Shown here: positions 14,240 to 25,833 of the stretch, piece after piece
Numbering within the stretch: position 1 is the stretch's first letter
How the letters are laid out: the number at the start of each line of letters is the position of its first letter
Source of the DNA: Basidiobolus meristosporus CBS 931.73
Taxonomy: Eukaryota > Fungi > Basidiobolomycota
Direction of reading: 5' to 3'
Assembly (NCBI GenBank): GCA_002104905.1
Contig: MCFE01000677.1
Span: 1-47,045, forward strand
Length of the DNA: 47,045 bases
Notes under the pieces: model-generated
Database searches by the model: none
Seen by the model: the letters and a program-made list of their open reading frames with translations, nothing else
What the model was told of the DNA's origin: nothing
Position numbers and translations under genes: made by a program

Positions 14240-14722
14240 TTAATGAAACAACGCTCTTTCTTCGCTGCTGATCTGTTGCCAGATACTCATGATGATACGC
14301 GACGCCTCATCCCCATATATCTTACACTTGGCCAGCTCCACCATCTTGATGGCGTAGAAATTGGAGTATCCGCGCTGCATGCCTTCTAGCTCAGGTCCGG
14401 AGGGGGGAGCTTCCGAAGCGACGTATTTGCGAATCTTGGTGGGCACGTGTGCACTCGTTACTTGATTGGGGCCTTCTGGAGGCAAGTATGCAGACCATGA
14501 GGTTGCAGAGTCGTTGTACCCGTTTTTCGCGAGCTCGAAAAGCTTCTCCTCGCCGATCAACAACGCGCGATAGCCGCGAGGAATATAGTAATATCTACCC
14601 TCCTGGCGCTCCGAAAGGAGAGCAGTGACGTGTGAGGGAGGGCGGGAGATGGTGAGACTGACGTTCTTCTTGATCTGGCATTGTATTCCGCTAGATCCGG
14701 CTAATGCGGTTTGAGTATTCAT
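14240..14722 (-). CDS. ORF C: divergent, C-terminally truncated HMG-box-like protein, probable paralogue of HMG B
   Basis: C-terminus QRGYSNFYAIKMVELAKCKIYGDEASRIIMSIWQQISSEERALFH* aligns to HMG helices 1-2 (EASRIIMSIWQQISSEERALF vs EVSRIIGKMWKNISVEEKRKY of HMG A, 10 of 21 identical). N-terminal EGRYYYIPRGYRALLI matches EGEFFFVPNGFVPVLM of HMG B. Helix 3 is absent, so it may be a pseudogene. Confidence 0.6.
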   Translation of the reverse strand: MNTQTALAGSSGIQCQIKKNVSLTISRPPSHVTALLSERQEGRYYYIPRGYRALLIGEEKLFELAKNGYNDSATSWSAYLPPEGPNQVTSAHVPTKIRKYVASEAPPSGPELEGMQRGYSNFYAIKMVELAKCKIYGDEASRIIMSIWQQISSEERALFH

Positions 14723-15357
14723 GGCTTGGTTGGCGTAAACGGTGAGGAAAGGAGTCCTTAGGAATGGGGATTTGAGGATTTGTACAGTGATGGTGGATCC
14801 AGCTGTAGTGCAAATGCAACTTTCAGTTTGAGGAAACTCGTTGCATGCGATTTGTTATTTATAACAAATGGAGTTTCCGTCAAGATGGCTTTCATGGATC
14901 TTTCTCTAAACCGAATCCATACTATTACCATAGTCGGCCATGGAAATACTGGTTCGGATAATCATGGAATTGCATTCGATGGGTGGTGATGGCATTTGTG
15001 ATAGAGCGGAGTGTCCCGCTTTTCGAGCACAGGGTAACCAATGGGGGTAGATGAAGGGTTGCTAATTCTGGCCATGTTTGTTGGCTACTTCATGTGACAC
15101 TGGATGCTACGAAATCAGTTATTAAACGACCCACCGAGGTATTTGCCATTCCGGCACACCATCTCTCAGTTATTAACCACTCTATCGAGGTGCTTAGCAT
15201 CATGGCAAAATAACTCATTTTATTGTTCGATTTTATATTCAGTGTTTAGAGACAAGGGAAAAGAAATCATAGAACAGAAATTTACTGACCCTCAGATTAG
15301 AGTCTGTCCGTCTTACAGACATATCCGTCTGAAATAGATTAACCTAGGTAACTAAAC

Positions 15358-16827
15358 TTAGTTGGCCTCGGGGGATCGTCTAGGCGATGCGGTTTCACGG
15401 TTGTTTGGTGAGATGCTGCGACGAGGAGAGTGGTCGCGCTTAGGAGAGCGGCTGCCACGAGGGGAGTGGTCACCTGAGTTGGGCATACGAGGTGATACAC
15501 TGCGTTCGCCAGAGCGAGATCTTCTACGAGAAGTACTGCGTGGCTTGGGAGACCTGCTTAATGAGCGGCTATATCTAGAGCGGGAGCGAGAATTGGATCG
15601 GGAGCGTGAGCGATATCTTCTGGGTGATCTGCTGCGTCTAGGAGAGCGAGATCTAGAAGAGGGTCTTCCACGAGCGCCGCCTCCACCCCTTCAAAGTGAA
15701 CTCCAGTTAGATCTCTTGTAAAGTAAAGGTTGGTGATAATTGTTAGGCCATGAACACAAGTTCAAAATAAACCATTACAATCCCATAGTGAGAGCTAACA
15801 ATGAAACGTTCAATTACCGGCAATCCCGAGCTTTGTGGCCAGTTTCACCGCAAGAGCTAATAAAAAGAATGTGAATCATTGAGCCATCGAAGAAAATGAG
15901 TTGAATAGCCGTACAAACAGCGGTTCTCTTCGTATCTACATAGGGTCGGTTAGCTCCATGTTATCCACAACATAAATACGCGAAGACGACTTACCTTCTG
16001 GAACGAACACCTCTGAGTAAGATGGAATATTCAAACAGTTAGTACTCCAATCATGGATATTTTAATGAAGCTACAATCTCACCTGCCAGGTGGGTCGGGA
16101 CAGTCTCTGGCCCTATGGAATGGTAGATGTGTCAATTTAGCATTACATTTAGATCAATGCCGCTTAACCTGCAAACGGGCCAGGAACAATATACTAACCA
16201 ATGACCTACAAAAACAATCCTGGTTAGCTCACTATATCCAGACCATGAAGAAATAAAATCTGCTCTTGGTAGATGCATTGCATACCGCTATTTCCACAGT
16301 TGAAGCAACGTTCACCGCCTTTTTCTCTTTCCTCGGCACGACGGCCGCCCTTGGCAGCTTCGACGATGATTCTCTCACCTTCTAGCTTGTAGCCATCCAA
16401 AGCTCTAACGGCATCATCGGCATCTGATACAGAGGGGAGAAGTTAAGAACCATTCGGAGGGAAGTGCCTGTCAACAAAATAGTACCTCTATCGTCGTCGA
16501 ACTCGATAAAGGCAAAGGAGCTCTACAAAAGTGTTAATCATAAAACACGGGATAAGGCAGTGCTGAGATATATACCTTCATGTCAATGCGTCTGACTCTA
16601 CCATACTTGGAGAACATGTCATCTAGATCACGCTCGCGGACATAACGCGAAAGGTGACCTAATAAAATAAGAACAACGGATCAGTATTGTTAAGAACGAG
16701 TGATGAAGGATCCGACAAACTAAAAGCCATGGCAAGCCAAAAAGGTGTCAAGGCCATCGATCTACCCACCAACATAAACTCTAGTGTTGCCACGACGACG
16801 ATCTTCTCTCGAATCGTAATTTGACAT
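15358..16827 (-). CDS. SR splicing factor: RRM + two CCHC zinc knuckles + RS/SP domain (SRSF7/RS2Z-like), multi-exon
   Basis: Spliced reading MSNYDSREDRRRGNTRVYVG HLSRYVRERDLDDMFSKYGRVRRIDM..SFAFIEFDD..DADDAVRALDGYKLEG, then CFNCGNSGHWARDC and CFSCGETGHKARDC, then an RSRSP/RSP repeat tail ending RRSPEAN*. Confidence 0.9.
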
Positions 16828-17561
16828 TTCCTTTTCAATTATCTTCTTGAGTAAAAACCGCAAAAAGACTAGTGGATACAGAAAGACTGAATCTCGAAGA
16901 GGGATTAAAGGAGTGGACAAAAAGTAATAGTCCTATAAACCGATGTAGTTGAGATTGTTTTTCTTAGCCTCGAAAACCCATATTACTCAACTTTTTCTCT
17001 CATCACCTGACCCGGGATGAAGAAATTAGCGCATTCACCGAAATTTTCAACAGGTGATGATCGCTTGATAGAAGCGCTTCTGGAGCAGGACATCCGCTTA
17101 TGCCCTGATGTGGTTACTCTCTGTAATCAAGCCCCTATGTAGATGGCTTAGAAGGAGAGCCTCCCTTCCTCTAATCACACATTCCTTCCGGCCAAAAGAT
17201 CATTTTCTTCTATACATGCCATCAGCATCCGCATCACCAACAGCTCGTATTGGTCGCAAGCTGCGCTAGCAATACGAATCTCACTGTTTTCTACACTGCG
17301 TCGCCAAATAGCATGTATTTTGACTTCATCCAATAAGGGCGTTTCGTGGTATGGAATTTGCTGAATGGAAATGTGGAGGGTTACTCTTGGTCCATATTTA
17401 GAAAAGCTGAACATCAAATTTGTCATAATCTTCTGTTCAAAAAAAACTCACTTTAACAAACGTTTATCCCCCATTCCTGTCTGCACTTCTTTGAGTGGTG
17501 GTTTTATCATTAAGTTGACTTTACGGAAACCTGACTGCGTTTGCTAGCCTGTTAGTCTTCA

Positions 17562-19239
17562 ATGGTCGATTCAAAGGCTGACACTCCGAAACATGAGACA
17601 ACCGACCATAATGGGTTCACTCCCAATATGGTCCCGAAATATTCGGATGACATTGATCCTACACTCTCGTTCTTTTGTAAGTAATGCTTTGCTCTTTTCC
17701 CACAACTGCTCTCTCAAGGCTTACAATTCCCGCCGCAGATTCCTCTAAAACCATCAGCCTCTTGATCTTTATGCTGTTCGTTTTACTGTACGTGGCTCTG
17801 GGGTCAAATTCTCAAGATACCGTAGGAAACATCAAAATGTAACGACAGTTTGTTTCTGATAAGTACATGGCGAAGGCTAATCGAGTATCTAGGGGTATTT
17901 TTTCGGCTGCGATAGTCTTCATGTTCATTGGTTTGGTGCAATTTGGAGACGGTGCTTTCATTAGGCCTCATCCTGCACTTTGGAGAATCATTCTCGCTGC
18001 CAGCGTTTTGTATGAGATGTTCTTGGTCTTTATTTTATTCCAGGTATGTCCTTTTTCTAACCTGGACCAATATCAACCGAAGAGTTGTATCGTCTAAATC
18101 AATTTATTCGTACACGCACACAGAATGCCACAGACGCACGTTCGTTGTTCAAGTACATTGATCCCTCTCTTGGCACTCCGCTTCCAGATAGATCCTATGC
18201 AGAAAATTGCGAGTTTACCGTATCCAACATTTGGGTAGGAAAGGCGAGAGACATAAGTGTGGAGTCTTGTATTAACCTATAACCCAACCTCTAGAATTCC
18301 ATGGATGCTTTTGTTCTAGCGCACTCGATCGGCTGGTTCTTCAAGGCGATTATTTTACGTGATTACTGGTTTTGCTGGATCCTCTCTATCATGTTCGAGT
18401 TTATGGAATACTCCTTGCAGCATCAACTTGCCAACTTTGCCGAATGTTGGTGGGACCACGTAAGAATATACAATAGCATGGTGGTTATGCCAATGTGCCT
18501 CCAAGCTAATAGAGTGAATTTCTAGTGGATTTTGGATGTCCTCGTCTGCAACTGGCTTGGCACCTACGTTGGAATGAAGTTCTGTGAATATTTTTCGATG
18601 AGGGTGAGTTGTTATCTATTTCGTTGGTATGTGGTAATATGCTGATATATCATCACCAGCATTATTCCTGGAGAGGCATTAAGCAGATCCCTGACTATCG
18701 TGGGAAAGTCAAGAGAACTGTACAACAATTCACACCACATAGCTGGACAACCTTCCACTGGGGCGCCACTGAAAGCTTCAAGAACTACGCGGCGGTCATT
18801 GTGCTGATGATCCTCGCATTGATGTGTGAATTGAACGCATTTTACCTTAAAACATTGCTGTGGCTACCTCCGGAGCATTACCTCAACGTCTCTCGTCTCT
18901 TACTGTTTTTCTTCATGGCCACCCCAGCAGTCAGAGAACTGTACCAATATCTTATGGACAAGTACGTCATTCACAAACCTAACACCTACTTGAAGCGTAA
19001 CTAATTCTTATATCCCAACCAGAAATTGTAAACGTGTTGGCGCACAGGCATGGCTGACCATTGCATGCATCATGACCGAAGCCCTCATCATCCTGAAGTT
19101 TGGCCGCAACGAATTCCCCAACCCTGCACCGATGCACATCAAGATCTTCTGGGTCATCTTGCTTAGCTTGGTTGGCATATATCCGGTGTGGCAATTTTTG
19201 ATCAAACCTAGACTAGAGAAGGCTGAGAAAAAGGATTGA
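17562..19239 (+). CDS. Phosphatidylserine synthase, base-exchange (PTDSS1/2) type, multi-exon
   Basis: Exons encode [100 protein letters not shown]: the PSS (PF03034) family motifs. Confidence 0.9.
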
Positions 19240-19621
19240 CCTTCTTCAACTTAACCCTTCTTCCTTCCCCTCTATGCATTTGATCGCTCGTGATAGACCC
19301 ATCTTCTCGCTTGGCTACGGCCAATAACCCACCATGCACCATTTCTAACCCTCAGCACTAAGCCCACATCCCCAACCCTCTTCCATATTTCCATCAATAA
19401 ACAAGATTTCAGAACCGCAATCACAGAGCTGCACCCAATCTTCAGGGGATCATGGTCATCAATATTTCGGATGGTGTTTTTTTAGAGCACACCCCTGCTC
19501 ATCGAGCTCATTGTATTCGAGGAGAACGATCATAATTGATCGGGGGTTGATAAGAGACCACCACTTAGTGCGCTGAAAATCCCTCTTGATCCTTTAGGAA
19601 TTCATTCACTGGACCTTCAAC

Positions 19622-20160
19622 ATGGTACGTTACAGCCTGCAATTCCACGCATCCATCCATTCATCCATTGCAACCATTTGAACATTTTACTAATGCGCCT
19701 CGATTGACCTTAGGCCGATACTGAACAAAACGTTGAACTCAAGAAGAAGAGAACTTTCCGTAAGTACTCTTACCGCGGTGTTGACCTTGACCAACTTTTG
19801 GACTTGTCCAGCGAGCAATTCATGGAACTTGTTCACTGCCGTGCTCGCAGAAAGTTCAACCGTGGTCTTAAGCGTAAGCCAATGGGTCTCATCAAGAAGT
19901 TGAGAAAGGCCAAGAAGGAGGCTCTCCCCAACGAGAAGCCCGAGACCGTCAAGACTCACCTTCGTAACATGATCATTGTTCCTGAAATGATCGGCTCTGT
20001 CGTCGGTGTCTACAACGGCAAGACTTTCAACCAAGTTGAAATCAAGCCTGAGATGATTGGTCACTACCTCGGTGAGTTCTCCATCACCTACAAGCCTGTC
20101 AAGCACGGTCGCCCAGGTATTGGTGCCACCAACTCCTCTCGTTTTGTTCCTCTTAAGTAA
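19622..20160 (+). CDS. RPS15: 40S ribosomal protein S15 (uS19); ATG-only first exon, intron 19625-19713
   Basis: [21 protein letters not shown]...[69 protein letters not shown]. Confidence 0.97.
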
Positions 20161-20612
20161 ACAACTCAACTATAATAAATACATCACATTTCGTATTCGA
20201 ATTCTATCCATCCAACTCTGTACAAATCTGATTTCTGTGCTCCCCGCCTTGAGCAAAATAAACTGTTTATGCCAAATCTTCGTCGGCAATACCTTCATGT
20301 TGCTTGGCACAATGGGTGTTTATGTCCCACCACCAGCGCATTTGCCGCATAATGCACCGGTTCCTACAATCCTGACGATCTGATTGGGAAGTCGGAAAAA
20401 AAATTCCCATTTTTTTTTCGATATTTGGGCCTTTCCTCATGGTCCCCGAAAGATGTGATTACAAAAGCAGACCGTGGCCGGTAACGCCTCTTCCTTCTCG
20501 AATTTTCGTGTACTCTTCCTAGGGGTAAGATATACTTGGCCATCGATAGATGAATGCCAGCATTTGGTGGATGAGCATGCACTAACCAGCCTGTTTGACT
20601 TTAGAATTTAAT

Positions 20613-20942
20613 ATGCGTTACATTGCTGCCTACCTTCTCCTCACCCTCGGTGGTAACCAAACCCCCGCTGCTGCTGATGTTGAAAAGCTTCTCTCCTCTG
20701 TCGGTATCGAATCCGACTCTGAGCGCCTCAGCAAATTGATCTCCGAATTGGAGGGCAAGAACATTGAGGAACTCATTGCCGAAGGTAAGGAGAAGCTCGC
20801 TTCCGTTCCTTCCGGTGGTGCCGCTGCTGCTGCTCCCGCTGGTGCCGCCGCTGGTGCTGCTGATGCCGCCCCTGCCGCCGCCAAGGAGGAGGAAGCCAAG
20901 GAAGAGTCCGACGATGACATGGGCTTTGGTCTTTTCGACTAA
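20613..20942 (+). CDS. RPP2: 60S acidic ribosomal protein P2 (probable 5'-UTR intron 20525-20604)
   Basis: [15 protein letters not shown]...[15 protein letters not shown], Ala-rich hinge, C-terminal [13 protein letters not shown]. Confidence 0.97.
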   Translation: MRYIAAYLLLTLGGNQTPAAADVEKLLSSVGIESDSERLSKLISELEGKNIEELIAEGKEKLASVPSGGAAAAAPAGAAAGAADAAPAAAKEEEAKEESDDDMGFGLFD

Positions 20943-21371
20943 ATACAAATCCCCTACCTTCGTACTTTCTATCTTGCTTAGCAACTATACATGGTGCCTC
21001 TAACTGTGCCCTGATCGTTGTGTAAACACAATAAACATTCAAACCAACTCGACCAATTCATTGTCACTTCATCTTCCTCCGGGAATGGGACTTGTTGCAC
21101 AGAGCAGCCTAGTCAGGCAACAGCGGAACTGATCCTTGTCGGCTTCAGCCAAATCTACAACTACCACTTGCTCGATGGCGACCGAGCAAAAGCCGTCACA
21201 CGAATCACAACTAGGGAAGGGATTTTTTTTTGACTTGGTTTCAACAAAAAAAATGGGAGTATTTGTGATTTTTCTTTATTTTCGTGGTTAGCGGGGATTT
21301 TTTTCTCGAGTTCTTGAGTAGTGACTTCCTGTAGCTTGGCTTCTTGCTGATTTCCCTTTGACCATACTCAA

Positions 21372-23452
21372 ATGACGACTACTCAACCCGCCAGCAATTC
21401 GTTTGCTAAGCGCTTGGCCCATACAGGTGATTTTCCGTTTCGATGCTTTCGTACCACTGACCGCTCGAAGGGCCCCAGTTATTTATCATTTTTCCGCCTC
21501 CGTTAGACAAAAAGATTCGCGACAAAGCAGTCAAGGCTCTTGGAAAATGGCTTAGTAGCAGGGAGGACATCGATCAGCTCGAGCTATTGAAATTGTGGAA
21601 GGGTCTCTTCTATTGTAAGTAAACTCTCAGCCCAGCCTGCTCCTTTTCTCGGCCTTGGTTTTAATCGGCGGTGCTCGGCCAGGTTTCTGGATGTCAGACA
21701 AGCCTCTTATTCAGCAGCAGCTATCCAACACTCTCGCCACCATGATCTTGAGTCTTCCCGAGAAAATCGCCATCCCGTTTGCCCAAGCTTTCTGGGAGAT
21801 CATTGTTAGAGAGTGGAACGGTATCGATCGCTATAGGTAGCTTCATGCAATCCGTATATTGTTGAGTCTTGGCGTTAATGTAATATCTCTCGACGTGGTG
21901 GCTAGATTGGACAAATTCTACCTTCTCCTCAGAAGATACGTCAACTCCACACTTACCCTACTGATGAATAAGGACTGGGATGCCGAGTTGGTGGAGCAAT
22001 ACGTGGAGATGATGAAGAGCGGTGTGTTCAAGTAAGTTTCTGCAGCAAGCAACAGCTCCGCAGAGAGCACCGGATTAACCCCTCTCAAAACAGCCCAAGC
22101 AACCTTCAAGTCCCCAATAGCGTCCGTACACACATAGCGGACTTGTTTTTGGAGGAGCTCGAGAAAGTAGTCCCTGCTGAGGTAAGATGCCCTCGGGCGA
22201 CCCTCGTCAACCCGGATTGGCACTGATTTTGCTTCTGTAGAAATCCCAGGAAATCCCAATGGAGAAGGTCTTGGAACCCTTCGTCCACTTCATCGCACGC
22301 AACCCCAATAAGCTAGTGTACACTCGTCTACAGGAGAACCTGTTCCAGCCCCTTTCGGAACGCATGCAGAATGGTAAATAATTCGGGTTCGTTTCATTTG
22401 ATTCGCTATCGTTTCTAATTTCTGTTGAAGAGGAGCCGGAGCAACATCGTTACAACTACGCGTCCATCATCGAGCTGCTCGCCGAACTGGCTGTTGACGC
22501 CGAGACTACTGGAATCAAACGCAGACGTATCAACCAGTTTTTGCAAGCTATTGGTGGAACTCCTGACGAACCCCAAGCTCTTAAAGATGACTCAACGGAT
22601 GTTGAAGAGCCGGAAAGCGTAGATGATGAGGTGGTGGAGCTAAGTAATGCCGACTCTAAGAAAAGAAAGAGACAGAAGAAGAGTCAAGACCCAATTGAAG
22701 CCCACGATGTTGCCGAAGTAGCCAGCGAGCCGGTCCAAGAGGGCAAGAAGAAGAAGAAGAAGCAAAAGGCTGTAGAAGAAATCCTCGAGGCCATCAGTGA
22801 GCCAGTCCAGGTAGAAGAGCCTAAGAAGAAGAAGAAGAAGCAAAAGGTGGCTGAAAAAACAGCAATCTCCGAGCCCGTTGAGGTTGCTCAGCCCGTGAAA
22901 GTCAAGGCTAGCAAGAAGCCAAAGAAGCAGGTGGTTACCGAGGAAGCTGTTGAACCTATGGTCGTTGAAGAAGCCGCCACTACCGAGGAGCCAGTAGGAC
23001 GATTTTATATCATGATTATAGTGTGTCCAGCTTTTAACCGGGGGTATCTTAGGTCAAAAAGACATCCAAGAAATCCAAGAAACAGAGGGTTGTCGAACCT
23101 GAAGCGACGGTTGAGACACCCGAGGTGGAAGCACCCGTCAGTAGCTCAAGCATTGGACTACTACCATCTCCCTATTATTAATTGTCATTGTTATAATTAG
23201 GCCAAAAAGTCCAAGAAAGTGAAGGCCGAGAAGGAGGTGACCCCCAAATTGGCAGAGCCATCAACTCCACTTTCTAGCGCGTCAAAGAAATCCGTTCAAT
23301 GGGGATTGGAAAACAACTCGGTGAAGAGATTCAAGAAGCAACTCCCCGTTTCCCCCATGCCATCTCCAGTCGCTTCCGATAGAAAGCCCATCAAGAGCGC
23401 GTTGAAGAAATCCAAGCGATCTGTCGCCGCCACCCCCAAGTCATCCATATAG
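21372..23452 (+). CDS. RRP1: rRNA processing protein Rrp1/Nop52 with K/E-rich tail, multi-exon
   Basis: FAKRLA, RDKAVKALGKW, LLKLWKGLFYC, FWMSDKPLIQQ, FWEIIVREWNGIDRYRLDKFYLLLR; low-complexity KKKKKKQK tail and a terminal KKSVQWG...PIKSALKK segment. Confidence 0.92.
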
Positions 23453-23765
23453 AATGTCCTCTTAATTTCCTGTTTATTCGATCTTGATTATATCAACTTT
23501 CCCCTTATGATTTATATCCATGCCTTTACCATAATCATAATCCGAAGCCATCTTTACAAAGTTGAAAAGGAGTAAAAACTGCTAGATTATTTTCAACTGC
23601 GCAGTTCAGATGCGTTAGGTGTCACCAAAGGGTAGATACTCCCTTGAGGTCCACTATATCAATCTACGCCGATTAGTGACGGTAGAAGCGTTGAGTTCCC
23701 GGGCCCTTACCCCTAAATAGCTCTCTTGCTGCTCACCATCTGCGATGATGAGAAAAAACCGATGG

Positions 23766-25628
23766 CTACGAAAGTATTGTGCGTGATACCTGGCCATGGT
23801 TTTGATCAGACTTTCTCCCTAGCAACGATAGTTGGTCGAAATGCAGTATAAGGAGATGAACTTCTAGCCATACTCCAGAGTCAATCATTCTCACACGGTT
23901 GGCCAGCTCCAAGTCTTTCAACGATTTATAGCTTATCGACGCACTAATACATTTAGTAGAATACGTCATTCGAACTATTAGGACGTGACGGCAACATAGT
24001 CTTACCCTCTATCATCATTAGGCCGGAGCAAAGAGGATCTGGAGATCGTGGCCAAGTTGGCAAGCACCTGTTCATCCACCAACAGCTCCCAGTTAACGCG
24101 CTGGAGTTGGACATTTCTAAGTTACTTGGCCTGAGCAGAAAAGTCACTGGAGATCTCACAATTTCGCAGAAATTCACCACCCAATCGATTATGGTTGGAT
24201 TTCTCAGTATTGGCTCCAAAGATAGGATGATAAAGCCACCTTATGAGGGAGTTAGCACCAATCGATATAGGATGGTATTGCAGGCAACAACCTGACTGAT
24301 AGATCAGACTGATGCTTGGGGGATCACTGGAAAGAGTCATGGTATATCCAAATAGGTGGAACTCTAGGCTGGATCTCCTCTTTAGTTGGCTCAGATTCGG
24401 AATGAAAAATATCTGGTTGGTGACCGAGCGGTGCACCTGTACATTCACAAGAGCGATTTATACCCCGTGCTTTCAAGATGTGTTCCAAAATACCCACGAA
24501 AATGGTTGCGAGGTTAGTGCTGTTGCAAGTAGGGTCCTCCGTCATTCGTGTGGCCAAGTATCTCCTAAGACTTTTGACCTCTGGATGCGTCTTTGGTCCA
24601 TAGATGAAGAATGCTTTACCCACCCATTTTTGAGGGAGCTGTATACCAAAAGGTAGGCGATTAGTGGAAAACCCAATCAGAAGGATACACATACATACCC
24701 GCTGAAGGTTTGTCATGAACTTGCTTAGTATTTCGCGATACCCTACTGATGTCTCGAATACAGTCTGATACCTGATAGAAACCGCATTAGACGCTGATCT
24801 ACCAATGAGGTACTGTACTCTAAATAATCTTGGTTTCCAGAAAAGGGATACCACACATGTTCTTGAGATACTCCTCACTTATGCTACACTAGAATTCTAT
24901 GCAGATATTGATGTATATCAATTCAGTCACTTACGGCGTGTCGGAAAACTCCTCCCCATCATAGGTATTTCCCTGTATTATCCCGGTTAAGGACCGTCAA
25001 ATTGCATTGAAACGATTGATTACCCAGTGTGGTGTTCTTGGGTTAAACGAAGGGAATTCAGTAACTAGTGGCAATACTTTACTACACTACTATTACCGGT
25101 AGTCATCCCTTGGGGATATTTGTCGACTTGTTGGAGATTCACAGCAGGCCTACATAAATAGTTCGATCAGGTGAATACAAACACGTATTCACACCATAAA
25201 AACACATACTTCAACTTCCCTGTCCAATGATCCTTGACGGGTTTGGTCACTCTAAAGTAGGTAGTGAATAGAACAGCTCTGATAGACATAGAGGGCTGGA
25301 TCTTCACATCATCCAGGATATTCAGCGCTCCCGCGGCATGGTATTCCCTGATCAGTTCGGAACAATGAAACTTCTCTTCAGGTTCCAAGCTAAGCAAAAC
25401 CAATTAGCCAGCGTCAGGGAACAACCACGCAGTTCCATGGTTAATACGTGATATCATCACTTCCTTCCCATTTGGTGGCATAGTAGGTTACGCCCTGCAG
25501 GTAGATAAGGTGAGTTTAATGTCCATTCAAGGCCCCTACCCTAACCACCCTACCTCAATCTCCCTGCAGCCTAGAATTCGCTCGATGATAAAGCATTGGT
25601 TGGGATCACCAGGGTTCGCTTCTTCCAT
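23766..25628 (-). CDS. N-terminal chromodomain protein, multi-exon; downstream exons only partly resolved and 3' end approximate
   Basis: Splicing 25628-25554 + 25494-25448 + 25389 onward (GT..AG introns, frame preserved) gives MEEANPGDPNQCFIIERILGCREIEGVTYYATKWEGSDDITLEPEEKFHCSELIREYH, a chromodomain. Downstream fragments (VHRSVTNQIFFIPNLSQLKRRSSLEFHLFG; SGGFIILSLEPILRNP) look coding. Confidence 0.65.
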
Positions 25629-25833
25629 TTGATAGTATTTGGTTGGAGAAGCCACCTGAGGGCCATTTTATAGTTTATTCTTAACCAGACATGTGTCACT
25701 CGATCACATCACTTATCATAAATAGACATACATCAATGCATTGAAAGTCAAATGCAATATTATTAGAATACATGAAATCCATTCAACTTCCGCGGCTTAT
25801 AGAAAAGGAAACTAATCAATAATGAATCTGGCT

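Noticed and set aside
14207-14287. A GTATCT...TTTAG intron or a frameshift that would rescue ORF C helix 3
   Set aside because: The 55-nt candidate intron removes the conserved Trp, and neither shifted frame gives HMG-like sequence.
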